Shown piece by piece: positions 39,601 through 49,259 of a DNA stretch of 64,000 bases. The notes below the pieces were generated by a model. That model did not search any database and had not been told where the DNA came from. It worked only from the letters and a program-made list of their open reading frames with translations. Each line of letters starts with the position of its first letter. Positions within the stretch are counted from its first letter, which is position 1. This DNA comes from Ruditapes philippinarum (taxonomy: Eukaryota): the NCBI RefSeq assembly GCF_026571515.1, contig NW_026854186.1, positions 310,001 to 374,000 of the forward strand. Reading direction: 5' to 3'. A program made the translations under genes and the position numbers.

Positions 39601-39918
39601 CCGCTTGATAATTGCAAAGGCCGGTGTAAACAATGTCTTTGACGTCACAACGTATACAGATCAAGAGCAAGAAGATCAAGTCACAAGACTCGGGACGAGT
39701 TGACCATGGGACGAACTGACCCTACATGTTCCCTAAACCCTTAGCAACGAGAATGTAGAGGTCGTTTAAACGTCTCTAATAATTTACTGAAGGATACGAG
39801 ACTTTGCACGTTGCTCTATTATAAGTGACTTCTTTTTCTGTTCAAGTTTCTCCTTCGATTGTTCAAAACTTTCGTCTATAAGATCCATTGGGGATCCAAC
39901 GCGATTGATCCCCGCCAT
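12655..39918 (-). CDS. FAM227A: Protein FAM227A-like (FWWh domain), 16 coding exons, ~637 aa
   Basis: Exons in transcript order: 39798-39918, 37223-37399, 36447-36500, 36116-36186, 35812-35847, 35386-35500, 34961-35023, 32555-32695, 27990-28116, 27724-27828, 26805-27032, 26462-26685, 24130-24287, 22777-22854, 18185-18332, 12655-12723. Phases are consistent except for one extra base in exon 6. Translation MAGINRVGSPMDLIDE..SPFLIGSIEEVNKKI..LHQYPGYDP..AVFQDIFWYLFLEKFQ..LFNRTAFNYVKL..DYPSLISQAVYAAYCHCFPDSY..FKEDLASLVYGWIAGIKPAP..SHPACKG..YNLYGQSPLVAHFL..PTYKDVIRE matches FAM227A motifs as recalled. Confidence 0.88.
15050..15530 (-). repeat. Degenerate HINE-type tandem array remnant
   Basis: Repeated ggggagtaattc..ggggtcagagttatgaaccttgtc units roughly every 85-90 bp. 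Confidence 0.5.
15673..16716. repeat. 39-bp minisatellite, ~27 copies, in the last FAM227A intron
   Basis: Unit atcatgatcatatagaagctgtgtat(c/g)ctacactggtat; very few variants; two units lack one CAT. Confidence 0.97.
18449..18570. repeat. 41-bp tandem repeat x3
   Basis: agtgcagttggtaggacagggtgctccactagcccaagtgt repeated three times perfectly. Confidence 0.92.
19330..21117 (+). CDS. RING-less TRIM-like protein: two B-boxes, coiled coil and C-terminal NHL-like beta-propeller; single coding exon, nested in a FAM227A intron
   Basis: Uninterrupted 595-aa ORF. B-box1 CEDC..ATGYCIDCVKYFCQNCLKFH..H; B-box2 CDIH..IKFYCHRCDKFACKLCKDVSH; heptad-rich middle; propeller blades such as LIVCDGRNCSIK, VYGLTASREGSVYVCDSGSYQIHKL, PICITCS..KLYVGE. 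Confidence 0.9.
   Translation: MDHSSSSDFSSSIRITRIMESDVRNSMTTSTNQGSDFEQSLHESEVQDSEELVEMYCEDCHSEGKDETATGYCIDCVKYFCQNCLKFHKKYISGHKQLENSDMPKDVCLEQCDIHDDELIKFYCHRCDKFACKLCKDVSHKNCKSLNHVPELVKDIENGQELKDVVQDLEKMDRKLRGIHDDIDRNEQVIEQIRDDTDLAIENNADNITEMIKEKINILKIQVEEKAQNDRKRLKVISVLYENLKSETETLKNQIKYQNDAKQRCKLFMTLKRARRNLKDFERKLQEMNKKNVVEEYRFEPGTKMSTLDEKDFGKIVGKGEKEQDLQKRVAQEINVKAENELLDCAIWNICLYPENFLIVCDGRNCSIKSIDLRTNKIISVMPINNPICVSKVSNNKLVVACINVSELSFMSLSRSGTINNLHQKIETEMPCWDVVCNDNHFIVTMFQTRSSSPGKIQELDIDGVVLRSIQCNFMGKMFRISKMTLSLDGRSLFMVDLMKDAVIKMTVDGKLVATYENENLTQVYGLTASREGSVYVCDSGSYQIHKLSADCSQSEVQFNKSHGLWRPICITCSANYDKLYVGEAHQNTIKVLNI
21731..22136. repeat. Dispersed ~400-bp repeat, copy 1 (unclassified non-autonomous DNA element)
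   Basis: tctaacacgacccgcattttt..ttgaacatagaagaa..aaaatcactgtt..ggatatattatttcttaa is also present at 32744-33148. Confidence 0.8.
23214..23430. mobile_element. Palindromic Sola-like MITE, copy 2
   Basis: ATAT|gagccgcgtcacaacaaaaccaacatagtgcg..cgcactatgttggttttgtcgtgacgcggctc|ATAT. Confidence 0.88.
23540..23710. repeat. Imperfect palindromic element remnant
   Basis: gaaatatatttcaccgagtgaacacc..ggtgttcacaaatgaaatatatttc inverted arms around a central gagtggcatagccaagagtg. Confidence 0.5.
24490..26264 (-). mobile_element. HINE-like element with ~9-10 x 169-bp tandem array
   Basis: Monomer aactaagtcggcaaacaggaagtgg every 169 bp (24694-26048); short (CCGC/CCAC) microsatellite and hairpin ccgggtttgcac..gtgcaacccgg followed by aaaaa at the right end. 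Confidence 0.85.
28168..29549 (-). mobile_element. HINE with ~9 x 145-bp tandem array
   Basis: Ends aacaagagggtcatgatggccct..gctcacctg and caggtgagctaaaaa are the same termini as 1537-3313, reversed; monomer actagagtgttaacaagg every ~145 bp. Confidence 0.87.
29909..30944. mobile_element. Old ~1-kb TIR element (MITE-like)
   Basis: Imperfect TIRs gggtcatgtgttttgacgc / gcgtcaaaactaatgactc with TA flanks. Confidence 0.5.
31310..31992 (-). mobile_element. HINE-like element with ~4 x 140-bp array
   Basis: Monomer tgaccttgacctttgacccc..ggtcatgaccaatcat; (GGAC/GACC)n microsatellite; end atacccc..cttcttcgaag..gggggcataataa. Confidence 0.8.
32013..32485 (-). mobile_element. HINE-like element related to 7316-7731
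   Basis: aacaagagctgtcggtag..catgctcgactattc at the left end, tattcaagctaaaaa at the right end. Confidence 0.72.
32744..33148. repeat. Dispersed ~400-bp repeat, copy 2
   Basis: Co-linear, diverged copy of 21731-22136. Confidence 0.8.
33567..33706. repeat. Short degenerate tandem motif ggggattttgtcc (terminal region of a TIR element)
   Basis: About six spaced copies of g(g)gatt(t/a)tgtc ending in tacacc. Confidence 0.55.
34709..34934. mobile_element. Palindromic Sola-like MITE, copy 3
   Basis: ATAT|gagccgcgtcacgacaaaac..gttggttttgtcctggtgtggctc|ACAT. Confidence 0.85.
37831..38431. mobile_element. ~600-bp TIR element containing a decayed transposase-like N-terminus
   Basis: TIRs ctcacttaattggcacgaggcctt / aaggcctcttcccaattaagtgag. 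Internal + strand reads ..KFNEKWKQDRVSLVYHREEVKMRCMKC, resembling the TTF-type zinc finger of hAT transposases. Confidence 0.55.
38610..39680 (+). mobile_element. 5'-truncated LINE (CR1/L2-group RT C-terminus, 3' UTR and short tandem tail), decayed
   Basis: LQEDINKLGQWATTWGMRFQPVKCNMMTLTRK..AYKGLIRP..CSAAWDP..LESVQKRAVRFITSNY across frameshifts; tail agatcaagagcaagaagatcaag. Confidence 0.82.
39188..39371. mobile_element. 184-bp MITE (CAG termini, hAT-like) inserted in the LINE
   Basis: 17-bp perfect TIR cagtgtctattctagga / tcctagaatagacactg; taaac on both flanks. Confidence 0.8.
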
Positions 39919-40997
39919 TTTGACGCTTTCATCAGAGTCATTGGGCGTTTTTCCATCGGTTGGCAGGTGCGTGAAACCCTGTATAATACGTCACGTTATC
40001 CCGTCTTAATATCAAAGCAAGAACTTTCATATTTACCACTTTTTACTTTCCACTTGCTTTGATATTAAGATATTACATATTATGAGCAGTAAATTGATTA
40101 AAGAATTGTTCATCTTGAAAGCCATGGCATCATCTCCACAGATTGAAACAAACTATACTTTATGGGCATATACATATACATGTACATTTATAGGCCAAAT
40201 ATGTAAAATATTTGATTATGTGGATTGAAATATATTCTAAACCTACGTACCTGGACCAGGAGTTTAAAATTTTTATTAAAACCTCAACATCAGAGATACT
40301 TCCAAAAGCTAAATCTCTGTATGTTGCAGACCTTTGGGTCCAATTCAAACACACGCTCGATGATGTTTTTGCTAACCACGGATTTATATTAATATAAATC
40401 CGTGTGCTAACATATCAAAATTCATACCACGGCTATTTAAACCATCACAAACTCCATGAAAGAGAAGCCATAATAAAAAAAAGTCAGATCATGATCAATT
40501 GGTATAATTTAAAAATTAAAATCTCAAATTAAAGCTATAGAAGTAAACAATCACCCTTACTCAGAAAACCAGATGACGATGAAACTAATACACAAAGTAA
40601 AGTCTGTACCACTCTATTAAAAAAAACAACAAAAACCCAACAACAACAATTCTAACAAGTATTCACAAAAGGTCACCCCATTAAAAGATCAAAACTCACT
40701 GCAGGCTCTCTCAAAAGTAATAGTTTTCACTGAAAAAGCAAACATTCTTAGCAAACGAATTCAATCAGTTTTCTCACCATTTATATCACTCTCATTTAAA
40801 AAGACATGCATGCAAAACCTGAGACGCCCGAAAGTATTGTCGGTACCAACAAATGAGTGGCATTAAGGCTGACATGTCTTTGATAGATTTTGACAAAAAC
40901 AATAAAAAAAAACAAGGACAACGTAAACATTGTCGCAAAATACAAAAACTTTTGACAGAGAGGTACTCCCGGTCCCTTGACCTACTTAGCAAATAAA

Positions 40998-42278
40998 AAC
41001 TAGAAATGTGTCATTATGCCACGGATGCCCCCGCATGCAGCCAAAATTTCAGATGTTATAATATTTAGTTCCAAATTTGTTTGCACAAATTATTTTTTCA
41101 TTTTAAGTTCAAAGCCCTTAACACATTTCAATGTTAACACAAACCATTTTCATACAATGTTCAAGGCACTGAAATTATTCAGTCTTTACCTTTTAAAAAT
41201 AGAATATTGCATATTTGTAGCCAAAATAATGGCTACATACATTTCCACAAAAGTATGAGTGCTGAAACTGAAAGTTCAAAATTTTTCCAACATTCAGGAA
41301 AGATAAGTTTGTCCAAAATCATTGAACCACGACCAAATTCAAACTTAAACTGTTTATTCCTAAGATGTATCTATATTATTTTCAAAGTGAAAGGGACATA
41401 ACTCTGCCAAAAAATCATCAAACCATGACCAAATTCCAACTTGACCTGCCCATTCCTTTGACATATCCATATGTCAAATTTGAGTTGAATATGTAACACT
41501 GTTGGGTAGATAATGAACAGAAACTGTAAATTTCATATTATTTTCAAAGTGAAAGGGGCATTACTCTGCCAAAAATCATTGAACCATGACCAAATTCAAA
41601 CTTGGCCTGGGCATTCCAAAAACATATCCATATGTCAAATTTGAGATGAATGTGTTGTACCGTTTGGGAGATAATTAACGGAAACTGAAAATTTCATATT
41701 ATTTTCAAAGTGAAAGGGGCATAACTCTGCCAAAAATTATTGAACCATGACCAAATTTGAATTTGACCTGCGCATTCCTTTGACGTATCCATATGTCAAG
41801 TTTGAGTTGAATGTGTTGTACTGTTGGGGAGATAATGAACGGAAACTGAAAATTTCCTATTGTTTTCAAAGTAAAAGGGGCATAACTCTGGCAAAAATCA
41901 TCAAACCATGACCAAATTCGAACTTGACCTGTATTTTCTCATGACATATCCATATGTCAAGTTTGAGTTGAATCTGTTGTACCGTTGGGGAGATAATGAA
42001 CGGAAACTGAAAATTTCATATTATTTTCAATGTAAAAGGGGCATAACTCTGGCAAAAATCATCGAACCATAATCAAATTCGAACTTGACCTGTATTTTCT
42101 CATGACATATCCATATGTCAAATTTGAGTTGAATGTGTGTAACCGTTCTCAAGATAATGAACGGAAACTGATGATGACGGAATGACAGAATGACGGAAGG
42201 ACGGAATGACGGAAGGACGGAATGACGAAACAGGGTAACACTATATGCCCCGGCCATTACATGGCGGGGGCATAAAAA
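40998..42278 (-). mobile_element. HINE with ~161-bp array, inverted copy of 3810-5207
   Basis: aactagaaatgtgtcattatgccacggatgcccccgc..gccccggccattacatggcgggggcataaaaa; same monomer, with fewer units. Confidence 0.88.
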
Positions 42279-42302
42279 GCTTAGAGGCAAAATCCAAAAA
42301 GA

Positions 42303-43922
42303 AACAAGAGCCATGTCAACATGGCCATCCCCCCTCATGAGAAGAATGTATATGTAGTAGAGCAGAATAAGTCTTATGGTAATGAAAACTGATGGCTATA
42401 GTGATTACAGATTTGAAACCTATGTGAATACTGATGGCTGAAAATAACAAAGGACAATAACTGAAAAATAATGCAGGGTAGATTATCATTCTTGTGTGCT
42501 GCATCCCTCCTCAGTAAAATCTATCCACCTATGAAGATTCAAGTTGATACCTCAAATACTTTTTGAGAAAAAAATTGAATTGAAAAATTAAGTATGAAAA
42601 ATAACAAAGGGCAATAACTCAAAAATTATAAAAGGTAGAGTTATCATTCTTGTGCACTGCACACCTCCTGAGTGAGATCTATGCACCTATGAAGTTTCAT
42701 AATGATATCTGAAAGGCCTTTTGAGTTATGCTCTGGACAAAAATTAATTTTGAAAAATAAAAAAGGGCAATAACTAAACAATTATGCAGGGTAGAGTTAT
42801 CGTTCTTGTGCACTGCACTCTTCCTCAATGAGATTCATCCACCTATGAAGTTTCAAGTTAATACCTCAAATACTTTTTGAGATAAGCTCCGAACAAAATA
42901 GTATGAAAAAGAACAAAGGGCAATAACTCAAAAATTGTACAGGGAAGAGTTATCATTCTTGTGCACAGCATTCCTCCTCAATAAAATCTATCCACCTATG
43001 ACATTTCATGTTGACATCTAAAACACTTTTGAGTTATGCTCCACTCGGGTGAAAAATTAGGCATGAAAAATAACAAAGGGCAATAACTCAAAAATAATGA
43101 AAGGTAGAGTTATCATTCTTGTGCACTGCACATCTCCTGAGTGAGATCTATGCACCTATGAAGTTTCATTTTGATATCTCAAAGGCTTTTTGAGTTATGC
43201 TCTGGACAAAAATTACTTTTGAAAAATAACAAAGGGCAATAACTCAAAAATAATGCAGGGTAGAGTTATCATTCTTGTGCAATGCATTCCTCCTCAATGA
43301 GATCCATCTACCTATGAAGTTTCAAGTTGATACCTCAAATACTTTTTGAGATAAGCTCTGGACAAAATAGCATGAAAAAGGGCAATAACTCAAAAATTGT
43401 ATAGGGAAGAGTTATCATTCTTGTGCACAACATTCCTCCTCAATAAGATCTATCCAACTATGACATTTCATGTTGATATCTCAAAAACTTTTGAGTTTTG
43501 CTCCACTCAGGTGAAAAATTAAGTATGAAAAATAACAAAGGGCAATAACTCAAACATTATGAAAGGTAGAGTTATCATTCTTGTGCACTGCACACCTCCT
43601 GAGTGAGATATATGCACCTATGAAGTTTTATGTTGATATCTCATAGGCTTTTGGAGTTATGCTCTGGACAAAAATCAATTTTGAAAAATAACAAAGGGCA
43701 ATAACTCAAAAATTATGCAGGGTAGAGTTATTATTCTTGTGCACTGCACTCCTCCTCAATAAGGTCTATCCACCTATGAAGTTTCAAGTTGATAACTCAA
43801 ATACTTTTAGAGATATGCTCCGGACAAAAATGTCGGACGGAAGGACGGACGGACGGACGGAAGGACGGACGGACGGAGACTATTTCTATATCCTTCGCCG
43901 CCTTTTCGGCGGGGGATAATAA
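42303..43922 (-). mobile_element. HINE with ~9 x 155-bp array organised as a higher-order trimer
   Basis: aacaagagccatgtc..catggcc terminal hairpin; monomer agggcaataactc every ~155 bp; (GGAC)n microsatellite; end cgccgccttttcggcgggggataataa. Confidence 0.85.
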
Positions 43923-45480
43923 GGAACTCATAGTTGTTGTACCAAGGCATGGTCATTTTCTCCGATCGTTCACAGCCAGGAAAGAGTAAGAAGTTCTACT
44001 CTTTCATCAAGTCAAACAAAACTGAAAACTGTGGAGTAGCACCTTTAAAAAGTGATGGACAAAACTTTACTGATCCTGAAATGAAGACAGACATACTAAA
44101 TACAATTTGAGTCTGTCGTCTTCCGCCCCTAACTATTAAGTCTTAACCAGTCATGCAAACAATTGCTCACTTAAAAAAACTATCCAAAAATGCCAAATAT
44201 CAACATAACAGAGGATGAAGAAAAGAAACTCCTTAAAGGTCTCAATCCAAGCAAAACCTTTGGCCCCGATCAGCTGTCCAAAGGTTATTGAAAGAACTTG
44301 GGGTCCTTCTGGGCTCATTGCCACTGGTTCTTCTTGCTGGGTCGTGTGGGGGTTGCGTTTATTGAACGCCGCCTTTCCTTGTTGATCTTGTTTATCATAT
44401 TTTATACTGAAATTGCCCCAATTCTCACACACATTTTCCAAATTTCCCTAAAAACTGGTACTGTCCCTCATGCCGTACGTCATTGCCCCTGTTTATAAGA
44501 AAGACCCAAAATGTAAGCCTGGCATCTACAGTCCTATTTCATTAACCTGCATTGCCCTTAAGCTGATGGAGCATATAATTGTCTCCAATATTATGTCTTT
44601 CTATGAAAAGCATGATATCTTCAGCAAATTCCAACACGGTTTTAGGTCAAAACATAGCTTGGAAACCCAGTTTATCAGTTTCACCCAGAAAGTCCATGAC
44701 AATTTAGAGCAAAGCCAACAGACCGATGCCATTGTCATGGGTTTCAGCAAATCATTTAATTAAGTCGACCATCACAAACTTCTCCTTAAACTACAAAGAC
44801 TAGGTGTTAGCTCAGAGGTCATCACACGGACAAAATCATTTTTATATGGTCGCACTCAACAGGTTGTTATTGATGGTCAAAACTCTGATAACCTACCTGT
44901 CCTGGGACCTTGCAAAAGCAAAAGCAAATAATTCTCTCAGATCTATAAAAAGAATGTCAAAACTTCCAATAAAAGGTTAAAGAAACTGCCATAAAAATAT
45001 CTGGTTTACAAAATAGAACAAGTTCAAAGGTCAGCCGCCAGCTTAATACAGATATGTATATAATGATTACAATTACACCAGTAGTGTATCTAAAATGTTA
45101 CGTGATCTTAATTGGCAAATCTTGAAAGTAGTTCTTTTAAATTTTGAAGTGACACATTTTAAAAATCTGAATAAAGTGGGATCCCTCGGAAGTATTAATC
45201 GCAACAAAATAACATGGAAATTGCAGACTCGGTTTATTGAGTCTGTACATGACGGATTAGAAAAATGTGCAACATCCCTCATGTCCCCCTAGAACCGGCT
45301 TGAGCGGTACTCAATTTTCAACACTTAAAAGTGTTGGAATCAATGTTCCCGAAGTGCTAGAGAATTATAACAACACTGAAGTGAAGTAAGTCATCTCTAG
45401 TTAGATTGGTCATAATGAAAGTGTATTTATTGCATCTGTGGCGTTTTTGTGTGTTATCTGATGGATTAAAAGTTTGTTTC

Positions 45481-45532
45481 GTGTGTGAGCGTGTGTGTGT
45501 GTGTGTGTGCGCGCGCGCGCGTGCGTGCGTGT
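45481..45532. repeat. Compound (GT)n(GC)n microsatellite
   Basis: gtgtgtgagcgtgtgtgtgtgtgtgtgtgcgcgcgcgcgcgtgcgtgcgtgt. Confidence 0.9.
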
Positions 45533-47214
45533 TTGTTGTTCAGGACCTTATTTGTTGGTGAAAGGATTGAGGATGATTTGATCTTCTTTCAAGGATAACC
45601 CACAAAAGTGTAAGCACTTGTATTTCCAGTAGGGTTCTTACCTAAGCAGACTCCAGAGACAGTAAATGGCTAACATTTTATATTAAGGGCCTCATTAGAC
45701 TTTGACAGTGTTGATGTTGAATACAGTAAAAAATGCATAAAGCACAGTGGAATACAGATTTAAGCCTCAAAGGTGACTGATTTACTATAAAACAGAGACT
45801 ACAAAATTGACTAGACCGATACCTAAAATATTCATATCGTGTTGTATGTAAAAAAGCAGCTCACTGTTAATAGTATCTTTAGACAGACAGACAGATAGAA
45901 AAATAAACATACATACAGACAGAAAACTTATATTTCTACTCTAGGTATTACAAATACAACACGAGGATAAAAAAATGAATAATGTTTAGCCATTTTGAGT
46001 ACCGATAGAAATCGTTATCGTTACAAGATTAAGTAAAAGTAAGCAAGTTCCTCTGTAACAACCAACACTTTATACATATTCGGAAATGGAAGGCAGTTCA
46101 CATGCGACTGATTCATAATCTAAATCGATTCTTTTCTTAAAGCGGCCTCTACTCCCGTGGAATAGAAAGAACTTCGGTTTTTATATCCCTGTTCAATTGT
46201 AATGGATAATGAAGGAAAAGAACCAAGATTTTACTTCAGTCTTGCACTGCCGGTTCAATGTAATGGTTTTGTTTTCGCTCCTTACACCGCACCCGATATG
46301 CTGCGATTTGAAGCGAGGATTGTACCATTTGACGGTGTCCACACAAAGTCCACATATTCCCCATGCGTTGTTGCTTTACTACAATGGTACATTAGATGTC
46401 TTAAACAAATGCTTATTTGAATGACAGGCTCTAGTCACATAATCAAATATTTTATATAATCGGCCTATATATTTCCTCTTAACTCATACTATATCCTTAC
46501 AATAAACAACAAACAATATGATACTATTTGAAAATGTATTATATGTATGGAGCAATTGGACGATCAGTGTGTAGTGTGTAATACATTCACATTTCAATTA
46601 TAACATGTAACAATACATAGTTACTATAATAAATGCATATTAACAAATATATTCATTTTAACACATTCATAGACAATAATCTTAAATTCAGATAATAAAA
46701 TCATCTTACAAAATATATATCACAACTATATGGTTGAAAATGAAACATTTATGCTAAACACATTTCTTGTCAATTCTTAATTTTTTAAGCTGATATTGCC
46801 TAGTCCATCGTCCAAAGCTGAACATTACTTTAGCACGAAAACTTCGAGCACAAATCTATCAATAGATACTATATTCGACCAATGGAAAATAATTTTCGTA
46901 TAATTCACTTTCGCTCAACCGTGGAAAATTATATTTATTTAATGATATCTTATTATAGTATATAGCCCATAAAGAACATATAAAAGGTTGTTTCAAGCAC
47001 CTGTGATCTAAATGAAAGAAAAATACAAGAAGAAAATTAATATGAATATAAACATGTGCGTTTTAAAAATATTTGACTACATTCATTACATTCTGATTTC
47101 AGAATTAAATTCCCACACTAAATGGTCATATATGGAAATATACGCTGAAGAAATGTTATCAGAATATATATTTGATATTTTGCATAGGCGAGGTGAAACA
47201 AGCACTTGTTTTTT

Positions 47215-49259
47215 CTACGGTCTACAACCGGATTCTTCTTTATCGCAATAGTTTTCCTTTTTGGACATTTCTGGTTTTGTCATTTTTACAAGTTTAGGTA
47301 ATATATTTGTCCAAAAGTTATAGCCCCTATCAAATAACCGCTGCCCGACCGACATGTCCCTACTAATGTTAAGATATAGTTGACTCTCTAAATTGTACTC
47401 CGGCCATTCCGTGTTAATGCGCACCGGCTTGTTTGGATCACTGTTTCAAAAAAGAAAAGAAAAACATGAAATGGGCTACTAGTAGCAAAGTGTAGCTTAT
47501 TGAATAAATAACAGATTTAAGTGTGAAACAATTCTAATACAAACATTTGAAAGTTTGAATTATCAATTATTTATTTGGCTATGTTTATCGGCAAATGAAT
47601 GATAATTAAATTTTAAAAAATTTAATAAAAAAAGTAATAAATGTAAAAAAACAGGAAATTCAAAAGGTAGTCAGCTTTACCCGCTTTTTGCGAAATTTGT
47701 CCACATTTTGATTACTTCTTTTGACATTTCAATTTCCCATTTCTGTGGTTCAACGCCATATGGAGCTGTTGCGCTTGTAAATCCGCTCTCTGAATCATAC
47801 CCTAAAATAAACGCCCACTCGTCAGCGTGTACTGACCCACCTTTCCACGTGGGTGGTACCCACAGAATATGTTGGGATGAGAAAGCATTTAAAAGGAACA
47901 AAAACGTTTTTGTGCCATGATTATTTTCAGCATGTATCTTCGTTGTGTCAATGACTTGGCTGTTAAAAACGTAATCGGAACTTAGCCGCATAAAAGATTC
48001 ATAAGAACGCTCTTCATCATCAGGATTTTTCCAGTCCGTATATTCAAAAGCGACAAGAGTATTTATGTTTTCTGGAATATTTTCACCAAACATTATACGC
48101 ACGATATCTGGTATATATTTGTTTTCCAATTGGTATCTATCAACTGTAAATGTATCTGTGTTATCAACACCTACAAATGGAGTAATCATCATGAAACCTT
48201 CGTCGTCTACAAGGCCCGCCATTACATCGAAACTGCGGAATAAATCTCGCCTGTCTTTTGCAATATCTGAATCGCTATGAAGCATTTCCCAAGTAGTTAA
48301 TGGAACGAATTCTTCGTCAACAGAAAACAAAACTCTAAAAGGAAACTTTCTGAATCCATTCAATGGATTATTGTACGCTTTCATAAACTTTTCATCGGGG
48401 ATATTTCTTAGACAAGTTGCAAGTCGTGAAGTATCTACATCAGTTTGGACATCCGACTAGATTAGCAATGCGTTTAGCATTCTGTAATGAATCTCGCTGA
48501 TAAGCCCATGGGCACGTTATGCTGCCACTCTGAGGGATAATTCTCTTAATCAGTCCTTTATTTCCTGGGTACATTGCTTGAAATATCACACTGGCCCCGC
48601 CTGCCGAACCTCCAAATAATGTCATTTTATCAGGGTCTCCACCGAACGCTGCAATATTTTCGTGTACCCAACGAATAGCCATATGTTGGTCCCAGAGACC
48701 GTAATTCCCGGGTAAATTTGAATCACCAGTACTCAAAAATCCAAACAACCCTAACCTATAGTTAACGTTCACCAATATAACGTTCCCATATCCACTAGTT
48801 ATATGTCCAGGGTATATTGATGATGTCCCTATAACAAAACCTCCACCATGGAAGAGAATCATTACAGGTAACTTATCATTATCTTCTCGATTATCCGGAG
48901 TGAAAATATTTATCACGAGGCAGTCATTTGAGAACTCCGGTAAACCAGTTTCAGCTGCTGGTTTCCGCTTCCCTAAAAGATCCATATGCAGTTGCAAACA
49001 AGAGGGTCTATATCTTGTAGCATCATACACGCCATCCATTCTCTGTTTCATTTTAGGCTTCTCAAAACGGAGAGCACCTACAGGTGGCTCGGCATAAGGC
49101 ACTCCAAGAAATTGCCGTACTCGAATAGGAACTCCAAACGGCTCGAATTGTCCTTGCTTCTCCCTTTATAGTCCAATATTTGTTTCAAACAATGACCTCT
49201 TCCATCATTGTCGAATATTTTATAAAACATAGCAATAAAATTGTAATATAGATTTTCAT
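47215..49259 (-). CDS. Secreted type-B carboxylesterase/cholinesterase-family protein; two coding exons (49259-47681, 47440-47215) with apparent single-base indels
   Basis: Signal peptide MKIYITILLLCFIKYST; QFLGVPYAEPPVGALRF, NDCLVINIFTP, HGGGF oxyanion hole, NYRLGLFGFL, GNYGLWDQ, nucleophile elbow GGSAG, acid DDEG, histidine VHADE, WTNFAKSG|DPN across a 240-bp GT-AG intron. Frameshifts near 49190-49140 and at 48444-48446. Confidence 0.85.

Larger units (their letters stand above)
37400..39797 (-). other. U12-type GT-AG intron 1 of FAM227A
   Basis: Minus strand: 5' site GTATCCTT, branch-like TCCTTTAC (37418-37411) 11 nt from the intron end, no pyrimidine tract; the phase-1 join gives ..AKS-PFLIGS. 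Confidence 0.75.
40075..45130 (+). mobile_element. Decayed LINE ORF2 (RT) interrupted by two HINEs
   Basis: 43990-45130 gives FYSFIKS..CGVAPLK..LKGLNPSKTFGPD..IAPILTHIFQISLKTGTVP..PVYKK..YSPISLTCIALKLMEHII..QHGFRSKHSLETQ..DAIVMGFSKSF..QQVVIDG; weaker upstream ORF2-like traces at 40075-40790. Confidence 0.75.

Noticed and set aside
12655-39918. Calling FAM227A a pseudogene because of the exon-6 frameshift
   Set aside because: All other exons and splice signals, including the U12 sites, are intact; a single homopolymer indel in an assembly with evident indel errors is insufficient.
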